Positions 19,869 to 30,268 of a DNA stretch of 64,000 nucleotides are shown here, piece after piece. Position 1 is the stretch's first letter, and each line of letters begins with the position of its first letter. The notes under the pieces are model-generated. The model was not told the DNA's origin, ran no database searches, and saw nothing but the letters and a program-made list of their open reading frames with translations. Position numbers and translations under genes: made by a program. Source of the stretch: an uncultured Gemmatimonadales bacterium (lineage in GTDB: Bacteria > Gemmatimonadota > Gemmatimonadetes > Gemmatimonadales > GWC2-71-9); NCBI GenBank assembly GCA_963728915.1, contig CAVSLV010000004.1, positions 96,001 to 160,000 of the forward strand, in the 5' to 3' direction.

Positions 19869-22800
19869 TCAAGGGGCTGGCTTGCCCAAGGCTTCGTTCA
19901 CGATCCTTGCCTGCTCGGCTGAATGCGCTTCCGGGTACCCCTCCGCCGGGCTCGCCCGCTCCGGCCTTCCCACGTAGCGAAGCGCCGCACCCTCCGGCAG
20001 TAACCGGCTCAACCGGGGCGCCACGTAGAACCATGCCCCCATGTTGAGCGGCTCCTCCTGGACCCAGACGAACTCGGTGGCGGAAGGATATCGGGCCAGG
20101 ACCGACCTGACCGGGTCTTCGAGGAACGTGTGCAGCCCCTCGATCCGCACGATCGCCGGTCTGGGATCGAGGCCCTCGGTTTCGGGGAGGAGATCGTAGT
20201 AGACCTTGCCGGAACAGAACACGACCCGGCGGACCGCGTCGGGATGGGCGGCGATCGTCGGGTCGGGATCGTCCAGCACCGGTTGGAAGGCGCCCCGGGT
20301 CAGATCCTCGAGGCGAGAGGCGGCCTGAGGCAGCCGAAGGAGGCTCTTCGGACTGAAGATCACAAGCGGCCTCACCCGTGATCGGCGGGCCTGGCGGCGG
20401 AGCAGGTGGAAGTACTGGGCCGGCGTGGTGCAGTTCGCGACCCGGAAATTTCCTTCCGCGGCGAGCTGGAGGAATCGCTCGAGCCGGGCGCTGGAGTGCT
20501 CCGGTCCTCCCCCTTCGTACCCGTGCGGCAGCAGCAGGGTCAACCGGTTGGTGACACCCCATTTCGAGAGTCCCGCGGCGATGAACTGATCGACGATGAC
20601 CTGGGCCCCATTGATGAAATCGCCGTACTGCGCCTCCCAGATGACCAGGGCCTCCGAAGCCGCGGTCGCGTAGCCGTACTCGAAGCCGAGCGTCGCGAGC
20701 TCCGAGAGTGGGCTGTTGTAGATCTCGAACGCCGCAAGCGCGCTGGGGAGCCGCCGCATCGGGGTCCAGGTTTCGCCCGTCGTCGCGTCGTGCAGGACCA
20801 GGTGGCGCTGACTGAACGTCCCGCGCTCGGCGTCCTCGCCGGTAAAGCGAATGGGGATTCCTTCGGTGAGCAGCGAGGCGAGCGCCAGCGCCTCGGCGTG
20901 GCCCCAATCGATCCCTCCATCCGCGTCCAGGGCAGTCCGGCGCCGCTCGAGCTGGCGCTTGAGCTTGGGATTGACCGTGAAGCCTTCGGGCACCGTGAGC
21001 AGGCTCTCGTTCAGGGCGCGGAGCCGGTCTTCCGGCACCTCGGTCGACACGGTCTCGCTGGTGACCAGCCGGGTCGGGGCAGGCTGGGCGGTGGCGGCCT
21101 TGGCCGCGCTGGCCCGAAAGCTCTGCTGCACGTCGATCAGCTTCTGATAGGCGGACTCGAACCGTTGTGCGGCCTCCTCCTCGGTCAGCAGCCCCGCCTC
21201 GACCAGGGATCGGGCGTAGAGCGTGCGCACCGATGGGTGGCTCCGGATCCGCTCGTACATGAGCGGCTGGGTGTAGGCCGGCTCGTCGGCCTCGTTATGT
21301 CCCCAGCGGCGGTATCCCACCAGGTCGATCAGGATGTCGAGGTGGAACTGCTGCCGGTACATCACCGCGAGCCGGATTGCGGCCAGACACCCTTCCGCGT
21401 CATCCGCGTTCACATGGATGATCGGAATGTCGAAGCCCTTGGCGAGATCGCTGGCGTGCTGGGTTGAGCGGGCTTCGCCCATGTCGGTGGTGAAGCCGAT
21501 CTGGTTGTTCGCGATCAGGTGCATGGTTCCGCCCACCCGATATCCCGGGAGCGCGTTGAGGTTGAGGGTCTCGGCGACGATGCCCTGACCCGCGAACGCG
21601 GCGTCGCCGTGGATCTGCAGCGGCCAGCACACCGACGAATCGTGGTGGAGGTCCCGGGTCTTCCGCTGGCTCTGCCGGGCCCGGGCGTTCCCATCCACGA
21701 CCGGATTCACGAACTCGAGGTGACTGGGATTGTTGATCAGCGCGACCGCGATCGACTTGCCGGAACGGGTGAGATAGGCCCCTTCCGCCCCGAGGTGGTA
21801 CTTCACGTCGCCGGTGCCGTCGTGATCCAGGCCGGGCGCCTCCTCATCCTTCTGGCCGCCTTCGAATTCCGCGAAGATCGCGGGGTAGGGTCGCCCGATG
21901 TTGTGCACCAGGACATTGAGTCTTCCCCGGTGCGCCATCCCCATCACGATTTCCCGGGCCCCGTGCTCCGCGGCGAGGTCGAACAGGAGATCGAGCATGG
22001 GCACCATCAGGTCGAGCCCCTCGATGGAAAATCGCTTCTGCCCGAGGTAGGACTTATGGAGGAACTGCTCGAAGGCCTCCACCGCGATGAGGCGATCCAG
22101 CAGCCGGAGCCGTTCCTCCCCCTCGAGCGGAGCGCGATGGGCCCCGGATTCGATGACCTGTCGAAGCCAGGCGCGCTGCTCGTGGTCGCTCACGTGCTCG
22201 ACTTCGTAGGCGATGGTGCCGCAGTAGGTCTCCTGGAGATGGGGCAGGGCGTCGGCCAGGGTGTCTCCCGGAACCGCGATCCGGAGGACACCGGCGGGCA
22301 CCGATCGCATCCCCTCTTCGGTCAGGCCCAGAGTGGCCGGATCGAGCGCGGGATCTCCCGGTGGCGGGGTTCCCAGCGGATCGAGGCGGGCCGCCAGGTG
22401 GCCGTGGGTGCGATAGGCATCGATCAATGCCATCGCCGAAGCCACGTTTTCGAGCGAGGTGGTGGCGATGCGATCGGCGAGCCGAGCCGCAGCGACCGGT
22501 CCGGCGACCGAGGGGGTCGAGGGAGGGTAGTGGATGCCGAAACTCTCGAAGATCCCCTCGTAGAATCCATCCTCGCCCGACAACAGGCGTTCCACGGTCC
22601 TGAGGAACTCGCCCGACTCCGCTCCCTGGATCACCCGATGATCGTAGGTGCTGGAGATGGTCATCACCTTGGAGAGGCCGAGCCCGGCGATTTGGTCCGC
22701 GGGGGTCGCGGCGAAGACCGCGGGATACCGGATCGCCCCCACCGCGATGATGGTCCCTTGACCCGCCATGAGCCGGGGAACCGACGCGCTGGTTCCGATG

Positions 22801-23492
22801 CCGCCGGGATTCGTCAGTGTCAGAGTGGCGCCGACGAAGTCGTCGGGCAGCAGCCGATTGGTGCGTGCCTTCTGCACCAGGGCGTCGTAGGCGGCCTGGA
22901 ACTCCGCGTAGCTCATGGCCTCGGCGTGTTTCACCACCGGAACCACCAGCCCGCGCGATCCATCCTTCCGCTCGACATCCACCGCCAGGCCAAGGTGGAT
23001 ACCGTCGGGAATCACCCGATGGGCGTTCCCGTCGTCCGCGGCGAAGCTCTGGCCCATCACGGGATGCTGGCGAGTGGCCTGGACCAGGGCCCAGGCAATG
23101 AAATGGGTGAAGGAGGCCTTGTGGGTCTGGTTGAACCGGGATCGGGCGGCCGCGAGCGCCGCGACCGGAATCTCCCGGAACGAGGTCGCAGTCGGAACCG
23201 AGAGGCTCTCGGTCATGTTCTGCACCAGCCGGAGCGCGGGTCCCTTGATCGGAGTTCGAGAACCGGTCCCGGACGGGGCCGGTCTGGTCAGTGCCGCGGC
23301 GCGGGGGCTGGCGTCGGGCTCGGGAGCAGGCCGTCCATTTCCACTGGTCGGGAGCTCTCCCACTCGGCCGCTTTCGAACAGGCTTCGCCACTCGGCGGGG
23401 ACCGATTGGGGGTCGCGCAGGTAGTCCTCGTATACCGCCTGCGCGAAGCCGGCGTTGGCGGTCTCAAAAACGTTGGGATCAATCGTGCTCAT
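19869..23492 (-). CDS. sucA: 2-oxoglutarate dehydrogenase E1 fused to an N-terminal E2 acyltransferase domain (Kgd/OdhA-type)
   Basis: TLTNPGGIGT and STYDHRVIQGAESG (E2 catalytic domain); KRFSIEG, GMAHRGRLN, HGDAAFAGQG, GHNEADEP and GPEHSSARLERFLQL (E1). Confidence 0.93.
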   Translation of the reverse strand: MSTIDPNVFETANAGFAQAVYEDYLRDPQSVPAEWRSLFESGRVGELPTSGNGRPAPEPDASPRAAALTRPAPSGTGSRTPIKGPALRLVQNMTESLSVPTATSFREIPVAALAAARSRFNQTHKASFTHFIAWALVQATRQHPVMGQSFAADDGNAHRVIPDGIHLGLAVDVERKDGSRGLVVPVVKHAEAMSYAEFQAAYDALVQKARTNRLLPDDFVGATLTLTNPGGIGTSASVPRLMAGQGTIIAVGAIRYPAVFAATPADQIAGLGLSKVMTISSTYDHRVIQGAESGEFLRTVERLLSGEDGFYEGIFESFGIHYPPSTPSVAGPVAAARLADRIATTSLENVASAMALIDAYRTHGHLAARLDPLGTPPPGDPALDPATLGLTEEGMRSVPAGVLRIAVPGDTLADALPHLQETYCGTIAYEVEHVSDHEQRAWLRQVIESGAHRAPLEGEERLRLLDRLIAVEAFEQFLHKSYLGQKRFSIEGLDLMVPMLDLLFDLAAEHGAREIVMGMAHRGRLNVLVHNIGRPYPAIFAEFEGGQKDEEAPGLDHDGTGDVKYHLGAEGAYLTRSGKSIAVALINNPSHLEFVNPVVDGNARARQSQRKTRDLHHDSSVCWPLQIHGDAAFAGQGIVAETLNLNALPGYRVGGTMHLIANNQIGFTTDMGEARSTQHASDLAKGFDIPIIHVNADDAEGCLAAIRLAVMYRQQFHLDILIDLVGYRRWGHNEADEPAYTQPLMYERIRSHPSVRTLYARSLVEAGLLTEEEAAQRFESAYQKLIDVQQSFRASAAKAATAQPAPTRLVTSETVSTEVPEDRLRALNESLLTVPEGFTVNPKLKRQLERRRTALDADGGIDWGHAEALALASLLTEGIPIRFTGEDAERGTFSQRHLVLHDATTGETWTPMRRLPSALAAFEIYNSPLSELATLGFEYGYATAASEALVIWEAQYGDFINGAQVIVDQFIAAGLSKWGVTNRLTLLLPHGYEGGGPEHSSARLERFLQLAAEGNFRVANCTTPAQYFHLLRRQARRSRVRPLVIFSPKSLLRLPQAASRLEDLTRGAFQPVLDDPDPTIAAHPDAVRRVVFCSGKVYYDLLPETEGLDPRPAIVRIEGLHTFLEDPVRSVLARYPSATEFVWVQEEPLNMGAWFYVAPRLSRLLPEGAALRYVGRPERASPAEGYPEAHSAEQARIVNEALGKPAP

Positions 23493-25047
23493 GATGGGAA
23501 AAATAGCGGGCCATCAGTCGCTCGACCCCGGGTCTTGCTTCGGCGCCGCGATCGGCCGTTTCGGTGGTCAGGCGAATCCGACGCTCCAGCACGTCCTCCG
23601 GAGTCCGGGCGAATTCCCGCTCGATGGCGAACCGCACCTGGGCGCCGATGGCGGGGTGCGTGGTGCAGAGCGGGGCGATCAGCTCCCGATCCTCCCGGCA
23701 CAAGGCGAACAAGGTCGAGGTTTCGCTGCCGTAGTGCGCGCGGAGGTAATCGATCGTGGTTTCGCCGAGACCGAGCGCCGCGCCGGGCCCGCGGAGGGCA
23801 AGGCCAGCTCCCCGTTCACCGCCCGGCAATGGCTCGGTGCGACTCCTTCCCCCCGAACGAGTGGTGGTCGTGCCGAGGCGCTTGATCGCCTCGTTCACGA
23901 CCTCTTCGGCCATGCTCCGGAAGGTGGTGAGCTTGCCGCCCGCGATGGTCAGCATGCCTCCACTTCCCCAGAAGACCCGGTGCTCACGGGAGACCCGGCT
24001 GGGGGGAATCGCAGGATCGGACGCGAGGAGCGGCCGGACCCCGGCCCAGCTCGCGGTGACATCTTCCGGTCCGAGGCGCGCCTCCGGGAACAGGGCGTTG
24101 GCGGAACGGAGCAGGTACACCATTTCGGCCTCGGAGGGCCTGACCGATTCGGGTGGCTCGGTGGTATCCAGCTCGGTGGTGCCGATGTAGGTCCATTCTC
24201 CCCAGGGGAGGATGAAGAGGATTCGCTGGTCGATTGGACTGGAGAACAGAATGGCGTGGCGGTTTCCGATCCGGGCCCGGGGCACCTGGACGTGCGAGCC
24301 TTTGGTCGGCCGCAGAACCGGGGCGACCGCCGGATCTTCCAGACGGCGGATACGATCGACCCAGGGACCGGTGGCATTCACCACCAATCGGGCCCCGAGT
24401 TCGGCCTCGGCGCCGTCCAGCGGACTCCGGATCTGCGCGCCCCGAACCCGGTCGCCGTCACGAACCAGTCCGACGACCCCGGCATAGTTCGCGACCCTGG
24501 CCCCGGCCGCGACGGCCCCCCGGATTACCGCGAGCGTCAGGCGGGCGTCGTCGCATTGAGCATCGGCGTACCGCGCTCCCCCCCTCAATCCGCGTTCCCG
24601 GAGGAGCGGTTCGGCGTCCGTGAGGGCTCGCTTGCTCAGCCTCTCGTGGCGGCGCACATTACCCCGTCCGGCGAGCCGGTCGTAGATGGTGAGGCCGAGC
24701 CGAACCTTCCAGGGCGGAAGCCGGTCGCCTTGATAGAATGGGAGGATGAAGTCGATGGGGCGGACCAGGTTGGGAGCCAACCGCGAAAGAATGGTGCGCT
24801 CCCGCAACGATTCGGAAACCAGGCCGAACTGTCGGTGTTCCAGGTAGCGGAGACCACCATGAATCAACCTGCTGGAGCGCGAGCTCGTGCCTGACCCGAA
24901 ATCACCGGCCTCGACCAGCGCGGCGGAGAGGCCACGCAAGGCGGCGTCCCGCGCGATGCCGGCGCCGGTGATGCCTCCTCCGATGATGAGGAGGTCGAAG
25001 GGTCCGGTGCCCAGCTCGGGGATCGCGCTCCGCGGCAAAGGAGTCAT
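23479..25047 (-). CDS. glpD: FAD-dependent glycerol-3-phosphate dehydrogenase
   Basis: IGGGITGAGIARDAALRG, GTSSRSSRLIHGGLRYL, DDARL, SREH and GGKLTTFR motifs. Confidence 0.92.
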   Translation of the reverse strand: MTPLPRSAIPELGTGPFDLLIIGGGITGAGIARDAALRGLSAALVEAGDFGSGTSSRSSRLIHGGLRYLEHRQFGLVSESLRERTILSRLAPNLVRPIDFILPFYQGDRLPPWKVRLGLTIYDRLAGRGNVRRHERLSKRALTDAEPLLRERGLRGGARYADAQCDDARLTLAVIRGAVAAGARVANYAGVVGLVRDGDRVRGAQIRSPLDGAEAELGARLVVNATGPWVDRIRRLEDPAVAPVLRPTKGSHVQVPRARIGNRHAILFSSPIDQRILFILPWGEWTYIGTTELDTTEPPESVRPSEAEMVYLLRSANALFPEARLGPEDVTASWAGVRPLLASDPAIPPSRVSREHRVFWGSGGMLTIAGGKLTTFRSMAEEVVNEAIKRLGTTTTRSGGRSRTEPLPGGERGAGLALRGPGAALGLGETTIDYLRAHYGSETSTLFALCREDRELIAPLCTTHPAIGAQVRFAIEREFARTPEDVLERRIRLTTETADRGAEARPGVERLMARYFSHHEHD

Positions 25048-25608
25048 GTGTTAGGAGTTTACTCGGACTCACCCGATGCGACGGAAGTCGCCCGACCGAG
25101 CAGCTGGTTTACCTGGCATGCGCACCGGATCCGTTCCGGCAGCCGGGTGCTCGATCTGGCGTGTGGAACCGGGCGACATGCTCTCGCCGCCGCTGCCCTT
25201 GGGGCGAGGGTGGTGGCCATCGACCGGGATCCCGGCCGACTGGAGATCGGACAGCAGGAAGCCAGGGCCCGGGGTCTGGAGCTCGAATGGCGCGAAGTCG
25301 ATCTGGAAGCGGAATGGCCCGACTTTGGATCATTCGACGCCGTCCTGGTGTTCAACTACCTGGATCGTTCCCGGATGTCCCGGCTGGTCAACCTGGTCGG
25401 TCCGGACGGGTTGCTGATGTACGAGACCTTCCTCGATGCGCAAAAGGGGTTCGGCTGGGGGCCGACCAATGACGCGCATCTGCTCCGCTCCGGCGAGCTG
25501 TTCCAGCTGGTCAAGCCTCTGACCGTAATCCACGGGCGAGAAGTGGTCGAGCCGGTCGACAGTTCTCGCTGGGTTGCGCTGGCATCGGTGCTGGCCCGGC
25601 GGCTGTGA
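25048..25608 (+). CDS. Class I SAM-dependent methyltransferase
   Basis: VLDLACGTGRH, FDAVLVFNYLDR and GLLMYETF; start uncertain. Confidence 0.85.
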   Translation: MLGVYSDSPDATEVARPSSWFTWHAHRIRSGSRVLDLACGTGRHALAAAALGARVVAIDRDPGRLEIGQQEARARGLELEWREVDLEAEWPDFGSFDAVLVFNYLDRSRMSRLVNLVGPDGLLMYETFLDAQKGFGWGPTNDAHLLRSGELFQLVKPLTVIHGREVVEPVDSSRWVALASVLARRL

Positions 25609-26915
25609 CCTTCGATCTGTTTGCGGGATCCCCCCGGCGGCCCGTGGTCGTCGCGGGGTTTCGTACGCCCTTCGCCCGGAGCGGGACCGCATTCGCGGAT
25701 GTCCTCGCGGTGGACCTGGCCAGATACGTGTCCAGAGAGCTGCTTTCCCGCACCGGGATCGAAGGCGCGCTGGTCGACGAAGTCATTTTCGGGCAGGTGG
25801 TGCCCTCGGTGCTCACGCCGAACGTGGCCCGGGAGGTCTCCCTGCTGCCCCAGTTTCCCCGCACCGTGCCGGCCTATACGGTGAACCGGGCCTGCGCCTC
25901 GGCGGGGCAGGCGGTCACCAATGCGCACGACCAGATCCGGCTGGGCCACGCCGATGCCATCCTGGCCGGCGGGGTGGAGTCCCTCTCCGACATCCCGATC
26001 CTGCATTCCCGGCGGATGAGCCGGACCCTGGTCGCCGCCGGCAAGGCCAGACAGCTGCGCGAGCGGGTTAGGCTCTTCGCCTCGCTCCGCCCCCGGGACC
26101 TGGTGCCGGTCACTCCCGCGATCGCGGAGCCGTCCACCGGTCTCACCATGGGACAATCGGCCGAGGCGATGGCCAAGGAGAACGGGATCTCGCGGGATGC
26201 CCAGGACCGGCTGGCCCTGATGAGCCATCAGCGCGCCGCGCAGGGCACCGACGACGGGCGCCTCACGGCCGAAATCGTGCCGTGGTTCGGGGGCCCGGAC
26301 CTTTCAGCGGTCCTGACCAGCGACAATGGGATCCGGCGGGACACCAGCCTCGAGGCCCTGGCCGCGCTCAAACCGGTCTTCGACCGCCGGTACGGCTCGG
26401 TCACCGCGGGGAACTCCTCTCCGCTGAGCGACGGGGCCGCCGCGGTGCTGCTGGTCGAGGAAACCCGGGCTCGCGCGTTAGGTCTTCGTCCGCTCACCAC
26501 CATCCGGAGTTATGCCGTCACCGCGGTCGATCCGGGATGGCAGCTTCTTTCCGGGCCCGCCTGGGCGGTGCCGCTGGCCCTGGATCGCGCCGGCATCCAC
26601 TGGAGCGACCTGGGTCTGCTGGAGATTCACGAGGCGTTCGCGGCGCAGGTGCTCTCCAACGCGCAGGCCTGGTCGTCCCGGGCGTGGGCCGCCAGGGTCG
26701 GGCGGCCGGAGCCGCTGGGGGAGGTCGACTGGGATCGCACCAACGTGATGGGCGGCTCGATTGCCATCGGCCATCCGTTCGGGGCCACCGGCGCCCGTCT
26801 GGTGACCACGCTGAGCAACGAGATGGTGCGGCGTCAGGTGCAGTTCGGCCTGATCTCGATCTGCGCCCAGGGAGGGATGGGACTCGCCATGGTGCTCGAG
26901 AATGTCAGCCGCTGA
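25605..26915 (+). CDS. fadI: Acetyl-CoA C-acyltransferase (thiolase), FadI-type
   Basis: RTPF, NRACAS, TAGNSSPLSDGA, HEAFAAQ and GGSIAIGHPFGATG motifs; adjacent to fadJ. Confidence 0.88.
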   Translation: MTFDLFAGSPRRPVVVAGFRTPFARSGTAFADVLAVDLARYVSRELLSRTGIEGALVDEVIFGQVVPSVLTPNVAREVSLLPQFPRTVPAYTVNRACASAGQAVTNAHDQIRLGHADAILAGGVESLSDIPILHSRRMSRTLVAAGKARQLRERVRLFASLRPRDLVPVTPAIAEPSTGLTMGQSAEAMAKENGISRDAQDRLALMSHQRAAQGTDDGRLTAEIVPWFGGPDLSAVLTSDNGIRRDTSLEALAALKPVFDRRYGSVTAGNSSPLSDGAAAVLLVEETRARALGLRPLTTIRSYAVTAVDPGWQLLSGPAWAVPLALDRAGIHWSDLGLLEIHEAFAAQVLSNAQAWSSRAWAARVGRPEPLGEVDWDRTNVMGGSIAIGHPFGATGARLVTTLSNEMVRRQVQFGLISICAQGGMGLAMVLENVSR

Positions 26916-29040
26916 ACCAGTGAGAAGCGCCTTCGATCTTCAGGTCACCGACCACACCGCGGTGCTCACCCTGGACGTGCCGGGCGAACCGGTGAACGTG
27001 CTGGGCAGCTCGGTCATCGGCGAGCTGGAGGCGCTCCTGGCCCGGGTGAACCAGGACCCCGAAGTTCGCGCCATCGTGCTGCTCTCGGGTAAACCCGACA
27101 ACTTCGTGGCCGGGGCGGACATCAACGAGTTCGTGAAGATCCGGAGCGCCGAGGAGGGCTCGGCGCTGGCCCGGGCGGGACAGGAGATGCTCGACCGGCT
27201 GGAACGCTTTCCCAAGCCGATCGTGACCGCGATCCATGGCGCCTGCGTCGGGCTCGGGTGCGAGCTGGCCCTGGCGACGAGCTACCGCATCGCGAGCGAC
27301 TCACCCAAGACGATCATCGGGTTGCCCGAAGTCCAGCTCGGGATCATTCCCGCGGGGGGAGGATGCCAGCGCCTTCCCCGCACCATCGGCGTCCGCGCTG
27401 CGCTCGATATCATTCTCGCCGGTCGCACCGAGCGCGCCGCCAAGGCGCTCAGGCTCGGGCTGGTGGACGAGCTGGTGCCTCCCAGCATTCTCCGGAGCAC
27501 GGCCATCGCGGCCGCCGACCGGCTGGCCCGGCGGGGCGTTCCCCTGCGAAAACGAGGCGGGAGTCTGCTGCTGGAACGAAACCCGATCGGGCGCCAGATC
27601 GTGTACGCGATGGCGCGGCGCCAGGTGATGAAGAAGACCGGCGGGAACTATCCGGCGCCACTGGCCGCCCTCGACGCGGTCCGCGCGGGATTGGAGCTCG
27701 GCCGCAAGACCGGCTTTCAGCGGGAAGCCCGGCATTTTGGGACGCTCGCGGTCGGCGAGGTGTCCCGCAATCTGGTGCAGATCTTTTTCGCGACCAACGC
27801 GCTCAAGAAAGACGATGGGGTTCCCCGAGGAGCCGCGAAGCCGCGGGAGATTCGGCATCTGGGGATCGTCGGATCCGGGTTCATGGGGTCCAGCATCGCC
27901 GGCACCGCGGTTTCGCAGGCCGGGGTCGAAGCCAGGCTCAAGGATGCGGATCTCCCCCGGGTAGGCCGCGGCATCCATGCCGCCCTCGCGATCCTCAAAG
28001 GCCAGCTCGACCGGCGACGGATTACCCGATACGAATTCCAGCGGAAGGCAGCCCTGCTGAGCGGCACTTCGGACTGGAGCGGATTCGGGTCCACCGATCT
28101 CCTGATCGAGGCGGTCTTCGAGGACCTCGAGGTGAAACGGACCGTGTTCCGGGAGGCGGAGGCCGTGGTGCCCGCCGAAACGGTGCTCGCCAGCAACACG
28201 TCCACGATCCCCATCGCGAAAATCGCCGAGGGCGCCCGGGCCCCCGAGCGCATCCTGGGCATGCACTTCTTCTCGCCGGTGGACCGAATGCCGCTGCTGG
28301 AAGTGATCCCGTCGGTGTCGACCGGGCCCGACGCGATCGCCACCGCGGTCCGGTTCGGGCGTCGGATGGGGAAGACGGTGATCGTCGTCGCCGACTCTCC
28401 GGGGTTCTGGGTGAACCGCATTCTGTTCCCCTACCTCAACGAAGCGGGCCATCTGCTCTCCGAGGGCGTTCCGATCGAAGTGATCGACCGCGCCATGGTC
28501 CGGTTCGGCTTTCCGGTGGGTCCGATCACGCTCCTCGACGAAGTCGGGATGGATGTCGGGCTCAAGGCCAGCGAGGTCATGCACGCGGCTTTCGGCGAGC
28601 GGATGCAGCCGGGTCCGGGCGTCGAGAAGATGGTGAACGCGGGGCGACTGGGCCGGAAGTCGGGCTCGGGTTTCTATCTCTACCGGGACGGGCACAAGAC
28701 CGAGCCCGACCCGGCCGCGTACCGTTTGCTGGGGGTCAAGCCCCTCGCCGGATTCGACGCCGGGGTGGTGCAGCAACGGCTCGGGCTCATGCTCGTCAAC
28801 GAAGCGGCCCTCGCGCTTCACGAAGGCGTGGTGCGTTCGGCCCGGGATGGTGACATCGGGGCGGTTTTCGGCATCGGATTCCCCGCCTTCCGCGGTGGAC
28901 CGCTCCGATACATCGATTCCCTCGGTGCCGCTCGGGTGGTTTCCGCGCTGGAAGGCCTGGTGGTGGCGCACGGACCGCGATTCACCCCCGCCCCCGTCCT
29001 GGTCGAGATGGCCAGGACTGGAGCCAGCTATTACCCCTGA
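26902..29040 (+). CDS. fadJ: Fatty-acid oxidation complex subunit alpha (enoyl-CoA hydratase / 3-hydroxyacyl-CoA dehydrogenase)
   Basis: FVAGADI, GLPEVQLG, GSGFMG, IEAVFEDL, ASNTS and GMHFFSPV motifs. Confidence 0.92.
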   Translation: MSAAEPVRSAFDLQVTDHTAVLTLDVPGEPVNVLGSSVIGELEALLARVNQDPEVRAIVLLSGKPDNFVAGADINEFVKIRSAEEGSALARAGQEMLDRLERFPKPIVTAIHGACVGLGCELALATSYRIASDSPKTIIGLPEVQLGIIPAGGGCQRLPRTIGVRAALDIILAGRTERAAKALRLGLVDELVPPSILRSTAIAAADRLARRGVPLRKRGGSLLLERNPIGRQIVYAMARRQVMKKTGGNYPAPLAALDAVRAGLELGRKTGFQREARHFGTLAVGEVSRNLVQIFFATNALKKDDGVPRGAAKPREIRHLGIVGSGFMGSSIAGTAVSQAGVEARLKDADLPRVGRGIHAALAILKGQLDRRRITRYEFQRKAALLSGTSDWSGFGSTDLLIEAVFEDLEVKRTVFREAEAVVPAETVLASNTSTIPIAKIAEGARAPERILGMHFFSPVDRMPLLEVIPSVSTGPDAIATAVRFGRRMGKTVIVVADSPGFWVNRILFPYLNEAGHLLSEGVPIEVIDRAMVRFGFPVGPITLLDEVGMDVGLKASEVMHAAFGERMQPGPGVEKMVNAGRLGRKSGSGFYLYRDGHKTEPDPAAYRLLGVKPLAGFDAGVVQQRLGLMLVNEAALALHEGVVRSARDGDIGAVFGIGFPAFRGGPLRYIDSLGAARVVSALEGLVVAHGPRFTPAPVLVEMARTGASYYP

Positions 29041-29041
29041 A

Positions 29042-29362
29042 ATGCTCGAATCCGAATTCACGCTGGGCGGCTACCTCGCCAAGCACGAGCGGGCCCCGGC
29101 ATTCGCCGGGAGCGACGGCGAGGCGTACTCCGTTGCGGTATGGCTCGACGAGGAGCCCGACACCCAGGGACGCTACGGGGCGTCGCTGCTGTTCGTCCGC
29201 TGGAGCGCCGCCGGCGACCGGCCTCTGGGAACGGTCGAGAGCCCTCCGCTCGCTTTCGGACGGTCGCGCGACGAGGCCGACCAGCGCCTCAAGGCGATCT
29301 CGCTCTACGACGTGAAGGAAGCCCTCGACGCCGCGATCGCGGCCCGTCCCTCCGACTGGTGA
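29042..29362 (+). CDS. Hypothetical protein (106 aa)
   Basis: ATG 1 nt after the fadJ stop; GTGA overlap with rsgA. Confidence 0.75.
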   Translation: MLESEFTLGGYLAKHERAPAFAGSDGEAYSVAVWLDEEPDTQGRYGASLLFVRWSAAGDRPLGTVESPPLAFGRSRDEADQRLKAISLYDVKEALDAAIAARPSDW

Positions 29363-30267
29363 CCGCGCAACAAGCCACCGTCCTGGCACGGGAAGGCGGC
29401 CAGTTCCGGGTGGCCATGGAGGGGGGCGAGGTCATCGCCATTCTCCGGGGCAAGGCCCGCCGGGACCAGTACGACCGGGTGGTGGTGGGCGACCGGGTGA
29501 CCCTCGATGCAGGGGATCGCCAGGGCATCTTCGGGATCACCGGGGTGCTGCCGCGCCGCAATCTGCTGGAGCGCCGCACGCCCATGGGCCGGGGCAATCG
29601 GCCCGTGGCGGCGAACCTGGATCGGGTATTCGTGGTGACCGCGGCGGCCAATCCGGCTCCCATCCCCCAGCTGATCGATCGGCTGACCGCGACCGCGGAG
29701 GCCAACGACGTGCCGGCCTCGCTGGTGGTGAACAAGGTGGATCTCGACCCCGGGCGCGACCTGGTGGAGCGGTACCGGTCTGCGGGTTATGACGTATATC
29801 CCTTGAGCGTCCGGACCGGGGAAGGACTGGAACCGTTCTTCGCGGCTCTCCGGGGCCAGGAGTCGCTCCTCACCGGGGCGTCGGGGGTGGGCAAGTCGAG
29901 CCTGCTGAACCGGCTCCAGCCCGGGCTCAAGCTCCGGACCGCCGGCATCAGCGAAAAAGTGGGGCGAGGGAAGCAGACCACTGTGGCCGCGGTGATGGTT
30001 CCGCTCGAGGCGGGCGGCTGGCTGGTGGATACGCCCGGCTTCAGCGAGGTGGGCCTCTGGGGTATCGCCCCGCGCGAGCTGGCCAGCTGCTTTCCGGAGA
30101 TGCGAGAGCCGCTCGAACGCTGCAAATTCCCCGACTGCTCCCACCGGAGGGAACCGGGTTGCGCGGTGCGGGAGGCGGTGGCGGCGGGCCGGATTCACCC
30201 GGAACGGTATGCCAGCTATCTGGTGCTGCTGGACGAGCTGCTGACTGCGCCGAAAGACTGGGAGTGA
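29359..30267 (+). CDS. rsgA: Ribosome small subunit-dependent GTPase A
   Basis: Circularly permuted G motifs NKVD, GASGVGKSS and DTPG; C-terminal CKFPDCSH..EPGC zinc finger. Confidence 0.95.
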   Translation: MTAQQATVLAREGGQFRVAMEGGEVIAILRGKARRDQYDRVVVGDRVTLDAGDRQGIFGITGVLPRRNLLERRTPMGRGNRPVAANLDRVFVVTAAANPAPIPQLIDRLTATAEANDVPASLVVNKVDLDPGRDLVERYRSAGYDVYPLSVRTGEGLEPFFAALRGQESLLTGASGVGKSSLLNRLQPGLKLRTAGISEKVGRGKQTTVAAVMVPLEAGGWLVDTPGFSEVGLWGIAPRELASCFPEMREPLERCKFPDCSHRREPGCAVREAVAAGRIHPERYASYLVLLDELLTAPKDWE

Positions 30268-30268
30268 G

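Noticed and set aside
17384..24894. Long + strand ORFs (688, 788, 479 aa) opposite tkt, sucA and glpD
   Set aside because: Shadow ORFs fully overlapping well-supported genes
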